Shown here piece by piece: positions 37,635 through 46,737 of a DNA stretch of 55,320 nt. The notes under the pieces were generated by a model, which saw only the letters and a program-made list of their open reading frames with translations, was not told the DNA's origin and did no database searches. Origin of the DNA: Verrucomicrobiota bacterium (GTDB taxonomy: Bacteria > Verrucomicrobiota > Verrucomicrobiia > Limisphaerales > CANJXF01); contig JBBQRQ010000024.1 in the NCBI GenBank assembly GCA_038214755.1, positions 1 to 55,320 of the forward strand, written 5' to 3'. Made by a program: the position numbers and the translations under genes. How positions within the stretch are numbered: the stretch's first letter is position 1; the number at the start of each line of letters is the position of its first letter.

Positions 37635-40610
37635 TTACGGTAGTTTTGTGGCATCTCCCCCGCGCGGCAAATCTTTGTCCACCAAGCCGACTCGGCGCGC
37701 GGCCGAATCTTTCGCGAGCTTCCACCAGCGCAAAAGCAGATCCATTCCTGCATGTTCGACCGCCAGCGAATCTTCGCCGCTCACGATCAGGGTGGAATCA
37801 ATTTGTGTGACCGAGCCGAACTTTGCTGTGGTTAATTTATTTTGAAGTTTGGCGATCGCCTCGTTTGACTTTGGCGTGCCGACAAAAATTAAATTCTGGT
37901 CTGATCGCTTTGGCAAATCCTTGAATTCAATAGCTTCGATGGGCTGGCCGCTGGCGCTTTCCAAAGTGCTCGCGATAGCCCACGCGGTTTCGACTTCCAA
38001 GACCGGAGCGTCGGTTCCGTAAATCACCGTGATCGGTTTGGTGAAGTCGAATTTCAATTCCGCAGATTTACTTTCCGTTTCCAGTTTCGGCGCGCCAGCC
38101 AGACGCGCTTCAATCCAGCCGTAACACAATTGTCCGTCACTCGTTTCGAGTCGTAAAAAGTTGTGATAAAAACCGGGGGTCGCGTCAGACGTTTTCAGCG
38201 TTACAGATAAAGAAAAACTTTCTCCCGGCTCCAAGTTCCGTTTACCAAAATCTTTCATCGTCGCTGCGAGGTTGCCGGGCGATTCCAGAGTCGCGGTGAA
38301 AACCAGTTTATGTCCGCTCGTGTTTTTAATTTTAACCACGGCTTTTCCTTCTCCCCGTTTGTCAAGATTGACGACGACTTGTGGAACTTCGAGGACTTGC
38401 AACGCATCATCGGCTGCGCTGTATTTTTTGATCAGCTTCATCAACTCCAACGCTTCCAGCTTGGGCCGGCGGCTGAGATGGATGAGTTCGTAATGGCGCA
38501 AAATATTTCCGCGACCGGACCGCAGATTCGGAGCGAGCGTTTCGTTGAATTGAAATTGATACATCTCAGGAATGGCTCGCGTGGCGAGCATGTTGTCGAA
38601 AATTGCTGGATAAATTTTCGCGCGCGCTTCCGGCGTCAGGCGCGTCAATTGACGCCAATTGTATTCGGTGACGACCGGCGGCTTGCCGATCTTGCTGGAA
38701 AAACTTCCGAGAGCCAGAGCATAGCCGCGCGCCGTCGGAATGGCGTCAAGCGAATCAACGTAGGAATGAAAACCAACGCGGTCGAATGGCACGTTGAGTT
38801 TTTCAAGGCGGTTGAATATGCCGGTGTTGTTGTAGCCGGTGAGATGGACGCGGACGTGCGGCGCGGTTTTTTTCACGGCAGCGTAAGTTTGTTTCCATTG
38901 CGGCGGACGGTCGAGCGGAATGCCCCAGATGAGAATTTCATTTTCGATTTCCACCGTGTCGATGACGTCGCCATAACGCTGGAGCAATTCAACGATGGCG
39001 GCATCGGACGTGTAGATGTCCAGGAGCGCCATGAGTTTTAGATGGCGCAGTTCGGCAAAAATAAAATCCAAATAGTCCTGTCGAATATTTTTCGGAATGG
39101 GAGCGAGCAATTCGAGGTGATGCAAGCGGATGAATTGAAATCCCATGGCTTTGGCGATGCGCAAATCGCGGCGGATGTCATCGGCAAATTCCCGCCACCG
39201 CAAAACTGTGTCGCCAGCGAGCGGCCAGAACGCGTCACGGTCCATTCCCGGAAGTTTCAGCGTGTCGAAATTTTCGCCAAAAGTGGAGTAGGGAAAATAG
39301 CTCGTGCCGAACTTGACCGATTTTACCCCGAAAGAAATTGCGACGCCGTTGGAAGTTTTTCGTTGCTCGCTGTAGCTCGTGTAGCCGACAAACATCTGGT
39401 CGGTCTCTGTGTCGTTCAACATTTCCTTGGAGTCTGTTTGAAAAGTGGGGCGGGCATCCTGCCTGCCTGACGGACTTCCAGTCCGCGAACCCGAAACTGG
39501 GGCAAGATGCCCCCGAGTGGCAGGCTGGAAGCCTGCCCCACTAGAGTTCTCGCTCAACACGAGACGCGAAGAAAAGTTCAGGCCTTCGCCGCGAGCCGGG
39601 AGCGTGTTATCCGCGACGCGATCGCGATACGACTTGATATTCGAGCGCGCGATTTCCGTGATGGAATAGAATTTTTCTCCGGTGGTCTGAACCTCTTGTC
39701 CGAGTTGCGGAAGATTTGCTCCTTCGTAACGCGGCTGCTTGAAAGTGTTCTTCGTCGAGTTGTCCAGCACTGTGAATGACGGCGCAAAATCATTCAACCA
39801 CGCCACGGTCACGCCATTGCCGAACGCGCTTCGCACCCAGTCCACGCCGCGTTGCGTGAATTGATGTCGCCCTTCGCCAGCGCGAAATGGTGACCAGCCT
39901 TTTTCGTCCAGCGAGGAAACGCGATTGTCGTAACAGAGCGTGCGCGATTTCACGCGCGGCTGTTCCCAACGGCACACCACCGCCGCGTAAACTTTCGCGC
40001 GCTCGTCTGCCGACTCATTCGTGATCTGCGCATTCACATCGAGAAATCCTTCGGCGTAAGCGAGCAATTCGATTTTAAAATTCAATCCGGCTTTGACCGT
40101 CTCCGCCGTCCACGTTTTGAAAACCGGCCCGTCCGCCGTTTTCCGAAACGCGAGCGATAGAGCGTTAAATGCGGTGTCGAAATTTTCGTGAGCGGCGGGT
40201 TGCGTTTCATCGTGAGACGCGGCTTTCGCTGGCTTCAGAAAAATGTCCCAACTCAGGCGGCCCAATTCTTTGCCGGAAAAAATCAGCGCAACGCCATTCG
40301 ACGCTGGCTTGACCGTCAGCGCGATTTGTTCTGCGGCAGTTCCCGCTTTGATGGGAATTTCCTTTTTCGCTCCAGGCGCAACATCGGCAATCAGCACCGC
40401 GTTGCTTCCAAGCAATTGCACGCCGCGTCCATCCGCCGTCCATTGGCCTGCGCCAAGCTCTAGTCCGCGAACGGTGATCGGCATATTGATTCGGAACGGT
40501 TGATTGTTTTCGAGTCGCAGGACGGGGCGCGTTTCCGCCAGAGATGGAAATGTTCCAATCGCCGCGCAGAGAAAAAGGCTGGAACTACAAACAAGGATTG
40601 ATGCTCTCAT
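37635..40610 (-). CDS. Secreted 991-aa putative clan GH-A glycoside hydrolase
   Basis: Signal peptide, DLRIAKAMGFQFIRLHH, EIENE (acid/base-like), GFHSY, KPPVVTEY (nucleophile-like). Confidence 0.7.
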   Translation of the reverse strand: MRASILVCSSSLFLCAAIGTFPSLAETRPVLRLENNQPFRINMPITVRGLELGAGQWTADGRGVQLLGSNAVLIADVAPGAKKEIPIKAGTAAEQIALTVKPASNGVALIFSGKELGRLSWDIFLKPAKAASHDETQPAAHENFDTAFNALSLAFRKTADGPVFKTWTAETVKAGLNFKIELLAYAEGFLDVNAQITNESADERAKVYAAVVCRWEQPRVKSRTLCYDNRVSSLDEKGWSPFRAGEGRHQFTQRGVDWVRSAFGNGVTVAWLNDFAPSFTVLDNSTKNTFKQPRYEGANLPQLGQEVQTTGEKFYSITEIARSNIKSYRDRVADNTLPARGEGLNFSSRLVLSENSSGAGFQPATRGHLAPVSGSRTGSPSGRQDARPTFQTDSKEMLNDTETDQMFVGYTSYSEQRKTSNGVAISFGVKSVKFGTSYFPYSTFGENFDTLKLPGMDRDAFWPLAGDTVLRWREFADDIRRDLRIAKAMGFQFIRLHHLELLAPIPKNIRQDYLDFIFAELRHLKLMALLDIYTSDAAIVELLQRYGDVIDTVEIENEILIWGIPLDRPPQWKQTYAAVKKTAPHVRVHLTGYNNTGIFNRLEKLNVPFDRVGFHSYVDSLDAIPTARGYALALGSFSSKIGKPPVVTEYNWRQLTRLTPEARAKIYPAIFDNMLATRAIPEMYQFQFNETLAPNLRSGRGNILRHYELIHLSRRPKLEALELMKLIKKYSAADDALQVLEVPQVVVNLDKRGEGKAVVKIKNTSGHKLVFTATLESPGNLAATMKDFGKRNLEPGESFSLSVTLKTSDATPGFYHNFLRLETSDGQLCYGWIEARLAGAPKLETESKSAELKFDFTKPITVIYGTDAPVLEVETAWAIASTLESASGQPIEAIEFKDLPKRSDQNLIFVGTPKSNEAIAKLQNKLTTAKFGSVTQIDSTLIVSGEDSLAVEHAGMDLLLRWWKLAKDSAARRVGLVDKDLPRGGDATKLP
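39444..39542. repeat. 99-bp four-hairpin REP-like element inserted in frame in the 991-aa gene
   Basis: Reverse complement AGTGGGGCAGGCTTCCAGCCTGCC...GCCCCACT matches the intergenic copy at 37496-37591. It encodes SGAGFQPATRGHLAP...GRQDARPT. Confidence 0.9.
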
Positions 40611-40661
40611 ATTCTATTCAAATGTAAGAAAATTTAATTCGATTGCGCAAATTTTTTTGAA

Positions 40662-40721
40662 ACCGCAGATGGACAGATAAGCGCCGACAAGAGGAAGAAC
40701 ATCTGCGTCTATCTGCGGTTA
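40662..40721. repeat. ACCGCAGAT...ATCTGCGGT inverted repeat
   Basis: ACCGCAGATGGACAGAT ... ATCTGCGTCTATCTGCGGT downstream of the LacI gene. Confidence 0.65.
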
Positions 40722-40784
40722 AAGCTCCTTTGCTTGCGGCCCTGACGCGCTGTTCATTTCCAAAAATTTTCAGCGCGAGCGACA

Positions 40785-41831
40785 TCACGAATTGGGGGCA
40801 GGGCCAGTGGATTGGCGGATGATTAACTCCTCGGGGATAAGAATCGTTTTGGGTTCGGGAGACGTCTCCTGGCGCTGCTGTAACACCAGACCAACGGAAG
40901 CCTTTGCCACGCGATCAGCTAAAAGGCCAAAGGTAGTCAAAGCCGGTCGCCAGTATTTCCCCATGGTTGAATCACCAAAACCCACCACCGAGAAATCGTC
41001 AGGACAACGTCGCCCCGCGTCGCCGGCCGCAGCGATGAGTCCCAGCGCAATCGCGTCATTGATGCAAATGGCCGCGGTGACTTTAGGGTTGCGCTGAACC
41101 AGACGAGGGAAACCGCTGACCCCGCCTTCAAATCCGAATTCGGTTACGTCCACCACCAGGGATTCAACATAGTTCAGTCCGGCCTCTTGCAGGGCGCGGC
41201 GGTATCCCGCGAGTTTACATAGCGTTGTCTTCGGCCGCGTTAGTGTGTCGGAAATCAACCCGATGCAACCATGGCCCAGTTTAATCAGGTGCCTTGTTCC
41301 TTCGAGAAAAGCACTCTCGCGATCCGGCGTCACCGTGGAAATGCCTGCGGGACTGTCCGGCAACAAATCCACCACCGGCACTCCCTCCGCCGCCAGTTGG
41401 ACCAAATAACTTTCCCGCATCGCCGGAGAATCCCACAACACCAGCAACCCGCCGACGTTGTGCAATAAATGTCGTTTCAGAAATGCCTCGGCTTCCGCAT
41501 CGTTGTCGGCGACGTGGACGGTTAACTCGAATCCTTGAGCGATCGCGGCCCGGCTGATGGCCATGGCCGTGGCCGAGTGCGACGTGGCGAGGTCCCAGGT
41601 GACGATCAACAAAATCACCTGGTTCGTGTAGCCGCGTTGAAGCGCGCGACCGATGGGATTGGATTTGTAAGCGAGACGATCAGCAGCATCGCGCACCCGC
41701 TGTTTCGTGGTGTGAGAGATGCGTTGCGCATGCTCATTGTCGTTGAGCACGTAGGAGACGGTAGAGAGAGAGACGTTGGCTTCGTGCGCAACATCCTTCA
41801 GGGTCGCTCGAGGTTTTGTGGATCGTGTCAC
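40785..41831 (-). CDS. LacI-family transcriptional regulator
   Basis: TLKDVAHEANVSLSTVSYVLN HTH, HLIKLGH..IG, NDAIALG, PDDFSVVGFGD, PALTT, LIIRQST. The start is taken as GTG41831. Confidence 0.92.
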   Translation of the reverse strand: MTRSTKPRATLKDVAHEANVSLSTVSYVLNDNEHAQRISHTTKQRVRDAADRLAYKSNPIGRALQRGYTNQVILLIVTWDLATSHSATAMAISRAAIAQGFELTVHVADNDAEAEAFLKRHLLHNVGGLLVLWDSPAMRESYLVQLAAEGVPVVDLLPDSPAGISTVTPDRESAFLEGTRHLIKLGHGCIGLISDTLTRPKTTLCKLAGYRRALQEAGLNYVESLVVDVTEFGFEGGVSGFPRLVQRNPKVTAAICINDAIALGLIAAAGDAGRRCPDDFSVVGFGDSTMGKYWRPALTTFGLLADRVAKASVGLVLQQRQETSPEPKTILIPEELIIRQSTGPAPNS

Positions 41832-41993
41832 GGTAAAGAATCGGCCCGCATCTTTACCGCACGTTGAGTGGATGTCGAGGGTAACTGCTGGGAGCAATCG
41901 TTTGTGGGTGTAATTAAAAGTGGGTGAGGTTGGTGTTCTTTAAGAAACCACTTGACCCCTCGTCGGCTATGTTGGAGTCTCCCTAAGTGTCCT

Positions 41994-42009
41994 AGTGAAA
42001 CGTTTAACT
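41994..42009. promoter_or_regulatory. Candidate LacI operator
   Basis: Near-palindrome AGTGAAACGTTTAACT with a central CG, 17 bp before ATG42027 in the divergent intergenic region; TTGACC at 41952. Confidence 0.6.
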
Positions 42010-42026
42010 TTTTGCGTGGATTATTT

Positions 42027-45000
42027 ATGAAACGATTATTCTCACTATTCGCCGTCGGTATCGCTTTGGCTGCCTTCACGGGCTTTGCCCAATTTACTCC
42101 GGGTCGCGCTGTTGTGTTGCAATGCACCAACATCTCCCTGGGTGGTGGCGGCAAGCTTGTTGAATATAACAGGGCGGGGGGCACATCCTACGAAGTGGCT
42201 CTCCCCTACGGAACAACTACCGCCGACACCAATTCGATTGTGTTTGGTTTACCGAGCAGTAACCAACAATTAAGTCACAACACCTCCTTGTCGGCCGATG
42301 GCGCATTCATAGTCATTCCAGGTTACGGCAATGCTGTCGTCGCAGGCACGGTTGATACCGCTGCTGGAACCACCAGCCCGCGAGTTGTCGCTACGGTGAA
42401 ATACGATGGGACTTACAGGCGACCCTTCACTTCGAGTACGATATTTTCCAGCCAGGCTTTTCGGAGTGCGACCTCTGATGGATTTGGTAATTTTTGGGGA
42501 AACCAGAGCGGTCCCGCGACCTATCTGAACACAGGGACAGCTATCGGCGTCGGTGCCTGCCGCGCGATGGCCATTGCCAACGGGAATATCTACGTCACAA
42601 AAGCTGCCGGCCTCATTGAAATAATTGGCACTCCAATGGTCCTCTCTGCGGAGACCACGATAATCGCCAGTGCGTTAATCGGAACTGGCGCGAGCCCTGC
42701 CGGTTTTGCTATCCCGCCCAACGTAGGTATCAACTCCATCGCTTATATGGCTGATTACAACGGTACGACCTCCGCCGTTGGACACTTCCATTGGAATGGC
42801 ACTGCATGGGTCTTCGATTATAACTTGGTTTTAGCGGGCGGTGAGAAGCCCCAAAATATAGCGGTTGATTATAGTGGCGCCAACCCGTTTGTTTATGTCG
42901 TCAATACCCCGGGAGCGGGTAATCACCTGTATGGCTTCAATGACACCAATTCATCTGCTATCCAAATCAACATTGCAACCGCACCTGCCAGTACCGTCTT
43001 CCGCGGTGTGGTAGTGTCTCCCACGCAACCAGCCCTTCCTGCTTTTACCGTCCATCCTGCCCACACGACGAACGCTGTGGGAGCAACCGCCGTATTCGGC
43101 CCGGTGTCTGCCACCAATGCCAATCCTAATGGTTACACGTGGAAAAAAGGTAGCACGACGTTGAGCGATGGACCGACCGGCAACGGTTCAACGATCAGTG
43201 GGGCCAGCACCCCGACTTTGACCATCGCGGGTATCTCGGGAGCAGATGCCGGTTCTTATTTCGCGGTGGCATCCAACAATGGCGGCAGCGTTACCAGCAA
43301 CCCGGCCATCCTTGCCTTGCCGGGTTCATCCATTACTACTCCATTGATGAGTCGCACTAACCTTGCGGGTACCACCGCAACGTTTCATGTCGTATCCAGC
43401 GCATCACCACCTTTAACCTACGCCTGGCTGCAAGGCACTACGCCGCTTATCAATGGCCCCAGTCCTTCTGGCTCAGGAGCGACCATCTCCGGGGCGACCA
43501 CGGATACCTTGACCATTACGGGAGTGCAAGATGCCGATGCGGGAACTTACAAGGTTACTGTTACTGACGGTTCATCCGCGCAAGAAAGTTCCGTCGCTGG
43601 TCTGACCGTCCTGGATCCGCCTATAATCACCTCTCCGCCCGCCAACCAAAGCAAGGTGGTCGGAACCACTGCCAACTTTTCTGTCACGGCTACCGGCGGT
43701 GCGTTATCTTATCAATGGTTCAAAGGTGTGAATGCGCTTACCAATGGTCCTACTGGTTTGGGTTCGACCATCTCCGGCGCGCAATCTTCCAATCTCTCCA
43801 TTGCCAACGTCCAGCTTGGTGATGCAGGTTCTTACTCTGTCACGGTGACGAATCTGGCCGGCACGGCCAATGGCGGTCCCGCCTCCTTGACGATAGGTCA
43901 GGCGCCTACTGTGGGAGGGATAGCCAGTTCCACAAATGTGATCGGCTCGAATGCCATTTTTTCGGCTACCGTAACAGGTGGCAGCACTCCCTTTAGCTAC
44001 ACATGGAGTCACAATGGAACCCCTCTCGTCAATGATGGCTCCCACATTTTTGGAGCGGATACCGCAACCCTTGGTATCACCAATATCGTCAGTGATGATA
44101 GGCGGCTCTATTCGCTGACGGTCAGTAACGCATTTGGCAGTGCCGTCGCTTCGGCTCTGCTCTATGTCATCATCGATACTAACCATCCGAACGACGTTCC
44201 CAATTTGATTATCTACGAGCCGTTCAACTATCCCATCGGGCCTACTACGGCGGTCGGCTTTTATTCGTGGGAAAATCTCATCAGTATCTATAACCGAGTT
44301 ACGGGACAACCAGCCTATTGGTTCAATACTGGCGGCGGCCTGAATTCCGGCGTCCTGCCTAATGACTTATACCAATACTCAGGCGTCAGCCGGAATCCGC
44401 CGGGACTTTATCCCTGGCCGGGAATTGATTGTAGCGGTGACAAAATGTGGACCTTCGCCAGCGGAGGAAACAATAACCACTTGAAGTTCGGCGGAGTCAC
44501 GAATGGGTCTGCTTACTTCTCCTGTATTATTCACGCCGATCAAGGCTCGGCTCTGAATAACGGGACATTGGACGTGCTCGCTGGATTTACCAGTGGTGAC
44601 TCGGATGCTGCCGGTGGCAACGCCAATACGTGGAACTACAAGTTGTGTGTTAAGGTTGCTGGCACTGGAGGAGATTCCTACCAGTTGGGCGTATTCAAAG
44701 GCAACGGAGCTACCATCACCGCATCATCAACCAACGGCCAATTCGCGCCGCAAAATTTGCTTCGCGGACAAATCCATTTTGTCGTTGGCTCTTACAAGAT
44801 TAATTCCGGCGGCACATCCACCAATGATGATGTTGTCTCATTGTGGATTGATCCACCAACATCCGCCTTCGGTGCATCGGAGGCAGGTCTTCCTACCCCT
44901 GATGCGGGCGGCTCGATCACCAACTGGAATAACAACGCCCCCATCACCGAGTTTGGTATCCGCTCCGGCGCAAATTTGGGACCTTTCTCAAAACGCCTGG

Positions 45001-45314
45001 CGGATTTGCGCATCGGCAAGACCTGGGCATCAGTGACAGGACCTTACTTCCCGAAATTGAAACAGACCTATTCTTCACCCAGCGTCACTCTCTCCTGGCC
45101 GGCCAAAGACTCCTTTGGCATCGGCCCGGAGTTCACCAGCGGTCATTACGGCTATCAATTGAAAACTGCTTCCGACGTGGCGGGGCCGTATGTGTACGAT
45201 GACAATTCCCAATCAATGAACGGCACCAACATCGTCGTGACCGAGACGCCCGCTTCGACCCAATTCTGGCGGCTGGTTTATCCAGCGCGCTCTGGGACTC
45301 CCGGAACTTATTAA
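42027..45314 (+). CDS. Secreted protein with an N-terminal propeller-like domain, four Ig-like repeats and a C-terminal FWRL domain
   Basis: Signal MKRLFSLFAVGIALAAFTGFA. Four repeats of Y.W..G...L.[DN]G....I[SF]GA....L.I......D.G.Y.V.V.N. Ends VTLSWP..YQL..FWRL. Confidence 0.85.
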   Translation: MKRLFSLFAVGIALAAFTGFAQFTPGRAVVLQCTNISLGGGGKLVEYNRAGGTSYEVALPYGTTTADTNSIVFGLPSSNQQLSHNTSLSADGAFIVIPGYGNAVVAGTVDTAAGTTSPRVVATVKYDGTYRRPFTSSTIFSSQAFRSATSDGFGNFWGNQSGPATYLNTGTAIGVGACRAMAIANGNIYVTKAAGLIEIIGTPMVLSAETTIIASALIGTGASPAGFAIPPNVGINSIAYMADYNGTTSAVGHFHWNGTAWVFDYNLVLAGGEKPQNIAVDYSGANPFVYVVNTPGAGNHLYGFNDTNSSAIQINIATAPASTVFRGVVVSPTQPALPAFTVHPAHTTNAVGATAVFGPVSATNANPNGYTWKKGSTTLSDGPTGNGSTISGASTPTLTIAGISGADAGSYFAVASNNGGSVTSNPAILALPGSSITTPLMSRTNLAGTTATFHVVSSASPPLTYAWLQGTTPLINGPSPSGSGATISGATTDTLTITGVQDADAGTYKVTVTDGSSAQESSVAGLTVLDPPIITSPPANQSKVVGTTANFSVTATGGALSYQWFKGVNALTNGPTGLGSTISGAQSSNLSIANVQLGDAGSYSVTVTNLAGTANGGPASLTIGQAPTVGGIASSTNVIGSNAIFSATVTGGSTPFSYTWSHNGTPLVNDGSHIFGADTATLGITNIVSDDRRLYSLTVSNAFGSAVASALLYVIIDTNHPNDVPNLIIYEPFNYPIGPTTAVGFYSWENLISIYNRVTGQPAYWFNTGGGLNSGVLPNDLYQYSGVSRNPPGLYPWPGIDCSGDKMWTFASGGNNNHLKFGGVTNGSAYFSCIIHADQGSALNNGTLDVLAGFTSGDSDAAGGNANTWNYKLCVKVAGTGGDSYQLGVFKGNGATITASSTNGQFAPQNLLRGQIHFVVGSYKINSGGTSTNDDVVSLWIDPPTSAFGASEAGLPTPDAGGSITNWNNNAPITEFGIRSGANLGPFSKRLADLRIGKTWASVTGPYFPKLKQTYSSPSVTLSWPAKDSFGIGPEFTSGHYGYQLKTASDVAGPYVYDDNSQSMNGTNIVVTETPASTQFWRLVYPARSGTPGTY

Positions 45315-45467
45315 ACGAAGTCATCGGATTTGAATGATGAGTTCAATGCCTCACGCGGGAAAGTAAGATGGCGCTCCGTGCCTCAAAGGGCGTGCGTTCA
45401 ACCGGGATGCGGCAGGGCATGTCTTGCCGGGCGGGTGCGCCCTCGTTATAAAATTATCAAACAATTT

Positions 45468-46523
45468 ATGAGACCTGAACAATGGGACATTTTTAAAAAA
45501 GCGGCGCGGCGCGAAAAATTGGACAAGGTGCCAATGGCGATGATCGTGGATAGCCCGTGGATACCCGGCCATCTCGGCATCAAGCACATGGATTTTTATT
45601 TGGATCCCGAAGTGTGGTTTCAATCGCATCTCAAAATTCACCGGGAATTTCCAGACGTTATCTGGGTTCCAGGTTGGTGGATGGAATACGGCATGGCCGC
45701 TGAACCCTCGGCACTCGGTTCAAAAATAAAATTTTGGACCGACAACACGCCGAGCGAATACCACACGCTTTTTCACATCGAGGACATCGAGAAATTTCCT
45801 GAATACGAAGTGGAGAACGACGCCTTCATGGCGATGACGCTGCATCGTATTCGTATGCAGAAACAACGCGTGTTCGATGCCGGTTACGTCATGCCGTTCG
45901 TCACATCGCGCGGGCCTATGTGTACCGCCGGTTTCGTTCGCGGCACCACCGACCTGATGATTGATCTCGTGGAAAAACCGGAGTGGGCGCACAAACTTCT
46001 CGATCTTTCCACGCGCCTGATTATCGACTGGCTCAAAGCCCAGCACAAAGCGATTGGGAATTGTGTCGAAGGGATTTTTATTCTCGACGACATCGTTGGT
46101 TTCGTAAACGAAGATCATTACATGGAATTTTGCCATCCCTATTTGAAGCGCATTTGCGACGCCTTTCCGAAAGATTGGGTGAAACTTTATCACAACGACG
46201 CGGAAGTTCAGGCTTGCCTCGATCATCTGCCGGATTGCGGTTTCAATGTGTTGAACTGGGGGAAACAAACCGACTACGCCGAAGTAAAGGATCGCGTGGG
46301 TGACCGCATGTGCCTCATGGGAAATGTGAACCCGCTCGAAGTCGGTGTGCGTGGCACGCCCGAAGAAGTTCGCGAAGCTACGTTGGACGTTTTGGAAAAA
46401 AGTGGCGGTGAAGGAATTATTCTTTCCGTCGGCGGCGGCACAAGCCCAGGAATGCCGGGACAAAATATTCAAGCGATGCTGGATGCGCTGGCAGAATTTA
46501 ACGGCAGACGCGTCCCAGCTTAG
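45468..46523 (+). CDS. Uroporphyrinogen decarboxylase / MtaA-CmuA superfamily protein (putative corrinoid methyltransferase)
   Basis: GPMCTA..VRG, DLVEKPEWAHKLL, FCHPYLKRI, CLMGNVNP, GTPEEV, ILSVG. Immediately upstream of a corrinoid protein. Confidence 0.85.
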   Translation: MRPEQWDIFKKAARREKLDKVPMAMIVDSPWIPGHLGIKHMDFYLDPEVWFQSHLKIHREFPDVIWVPGWWMEYGMAAEPSALGSKIKFWTDNTPSEYHTLFHIEDIEKFPEYEVENDAFMAMTLHRIRMQKQRVFDAGYVMPFVTSRGPMCTAGFVRGTTDLMIDLVEKPEWAHKLLDLSTRLIIDWLKAQHKAIGNCVEGIFILDDIVGFVNEDHYMEFCHPYLKRICDAFPKDWVKLYHNDAEVQACLDHLPDCGFNVLNWGKQTDYAEVKDRVGDRMCLMGNVNPLEVGVRGTPEEVREATLDVLEKSGGEGIILSVGGGTSPGMPGQNIQAMLDALAEFNGRRVPA

Positions 46524-46542
46524 TTGAATTTATTTGTTGAAA

Positions 46543-46705
46543 TGAAACGCTCTCCCTCACCCCGGCCCTCTCCCCAAAGGAGAGGGAGAAAATATTCCAG
46601 CGCTGGAAAATGTTCATCGCTTGGTGAAATACAGAGCGCGATGATTTTGGTCCCCTCTCCTCGGGGGAGAGGGTTAGGGTGAGGGCGAGCAACCTTCTAA
46701 CTGAA
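46543..46705. repeat. CCCTCACCC..CCCTCTCCC palindromic element, copy B
   Basis: Inverted copy of 35684-35848. Confidence 0.9.
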
Positions 46706-46737
46706 ATAATTACCGAGTAAGAAAAAAAGGATTCCCC

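Noticed and set aside
45315..45467. Possible cobalamin riboswitch before the UroD-like/corrinoid genes
   Set aside because: There are hairpins and a GGGAA, but I could not find the GCCACTG or B12-box elements. A covariance-model search would settle it.
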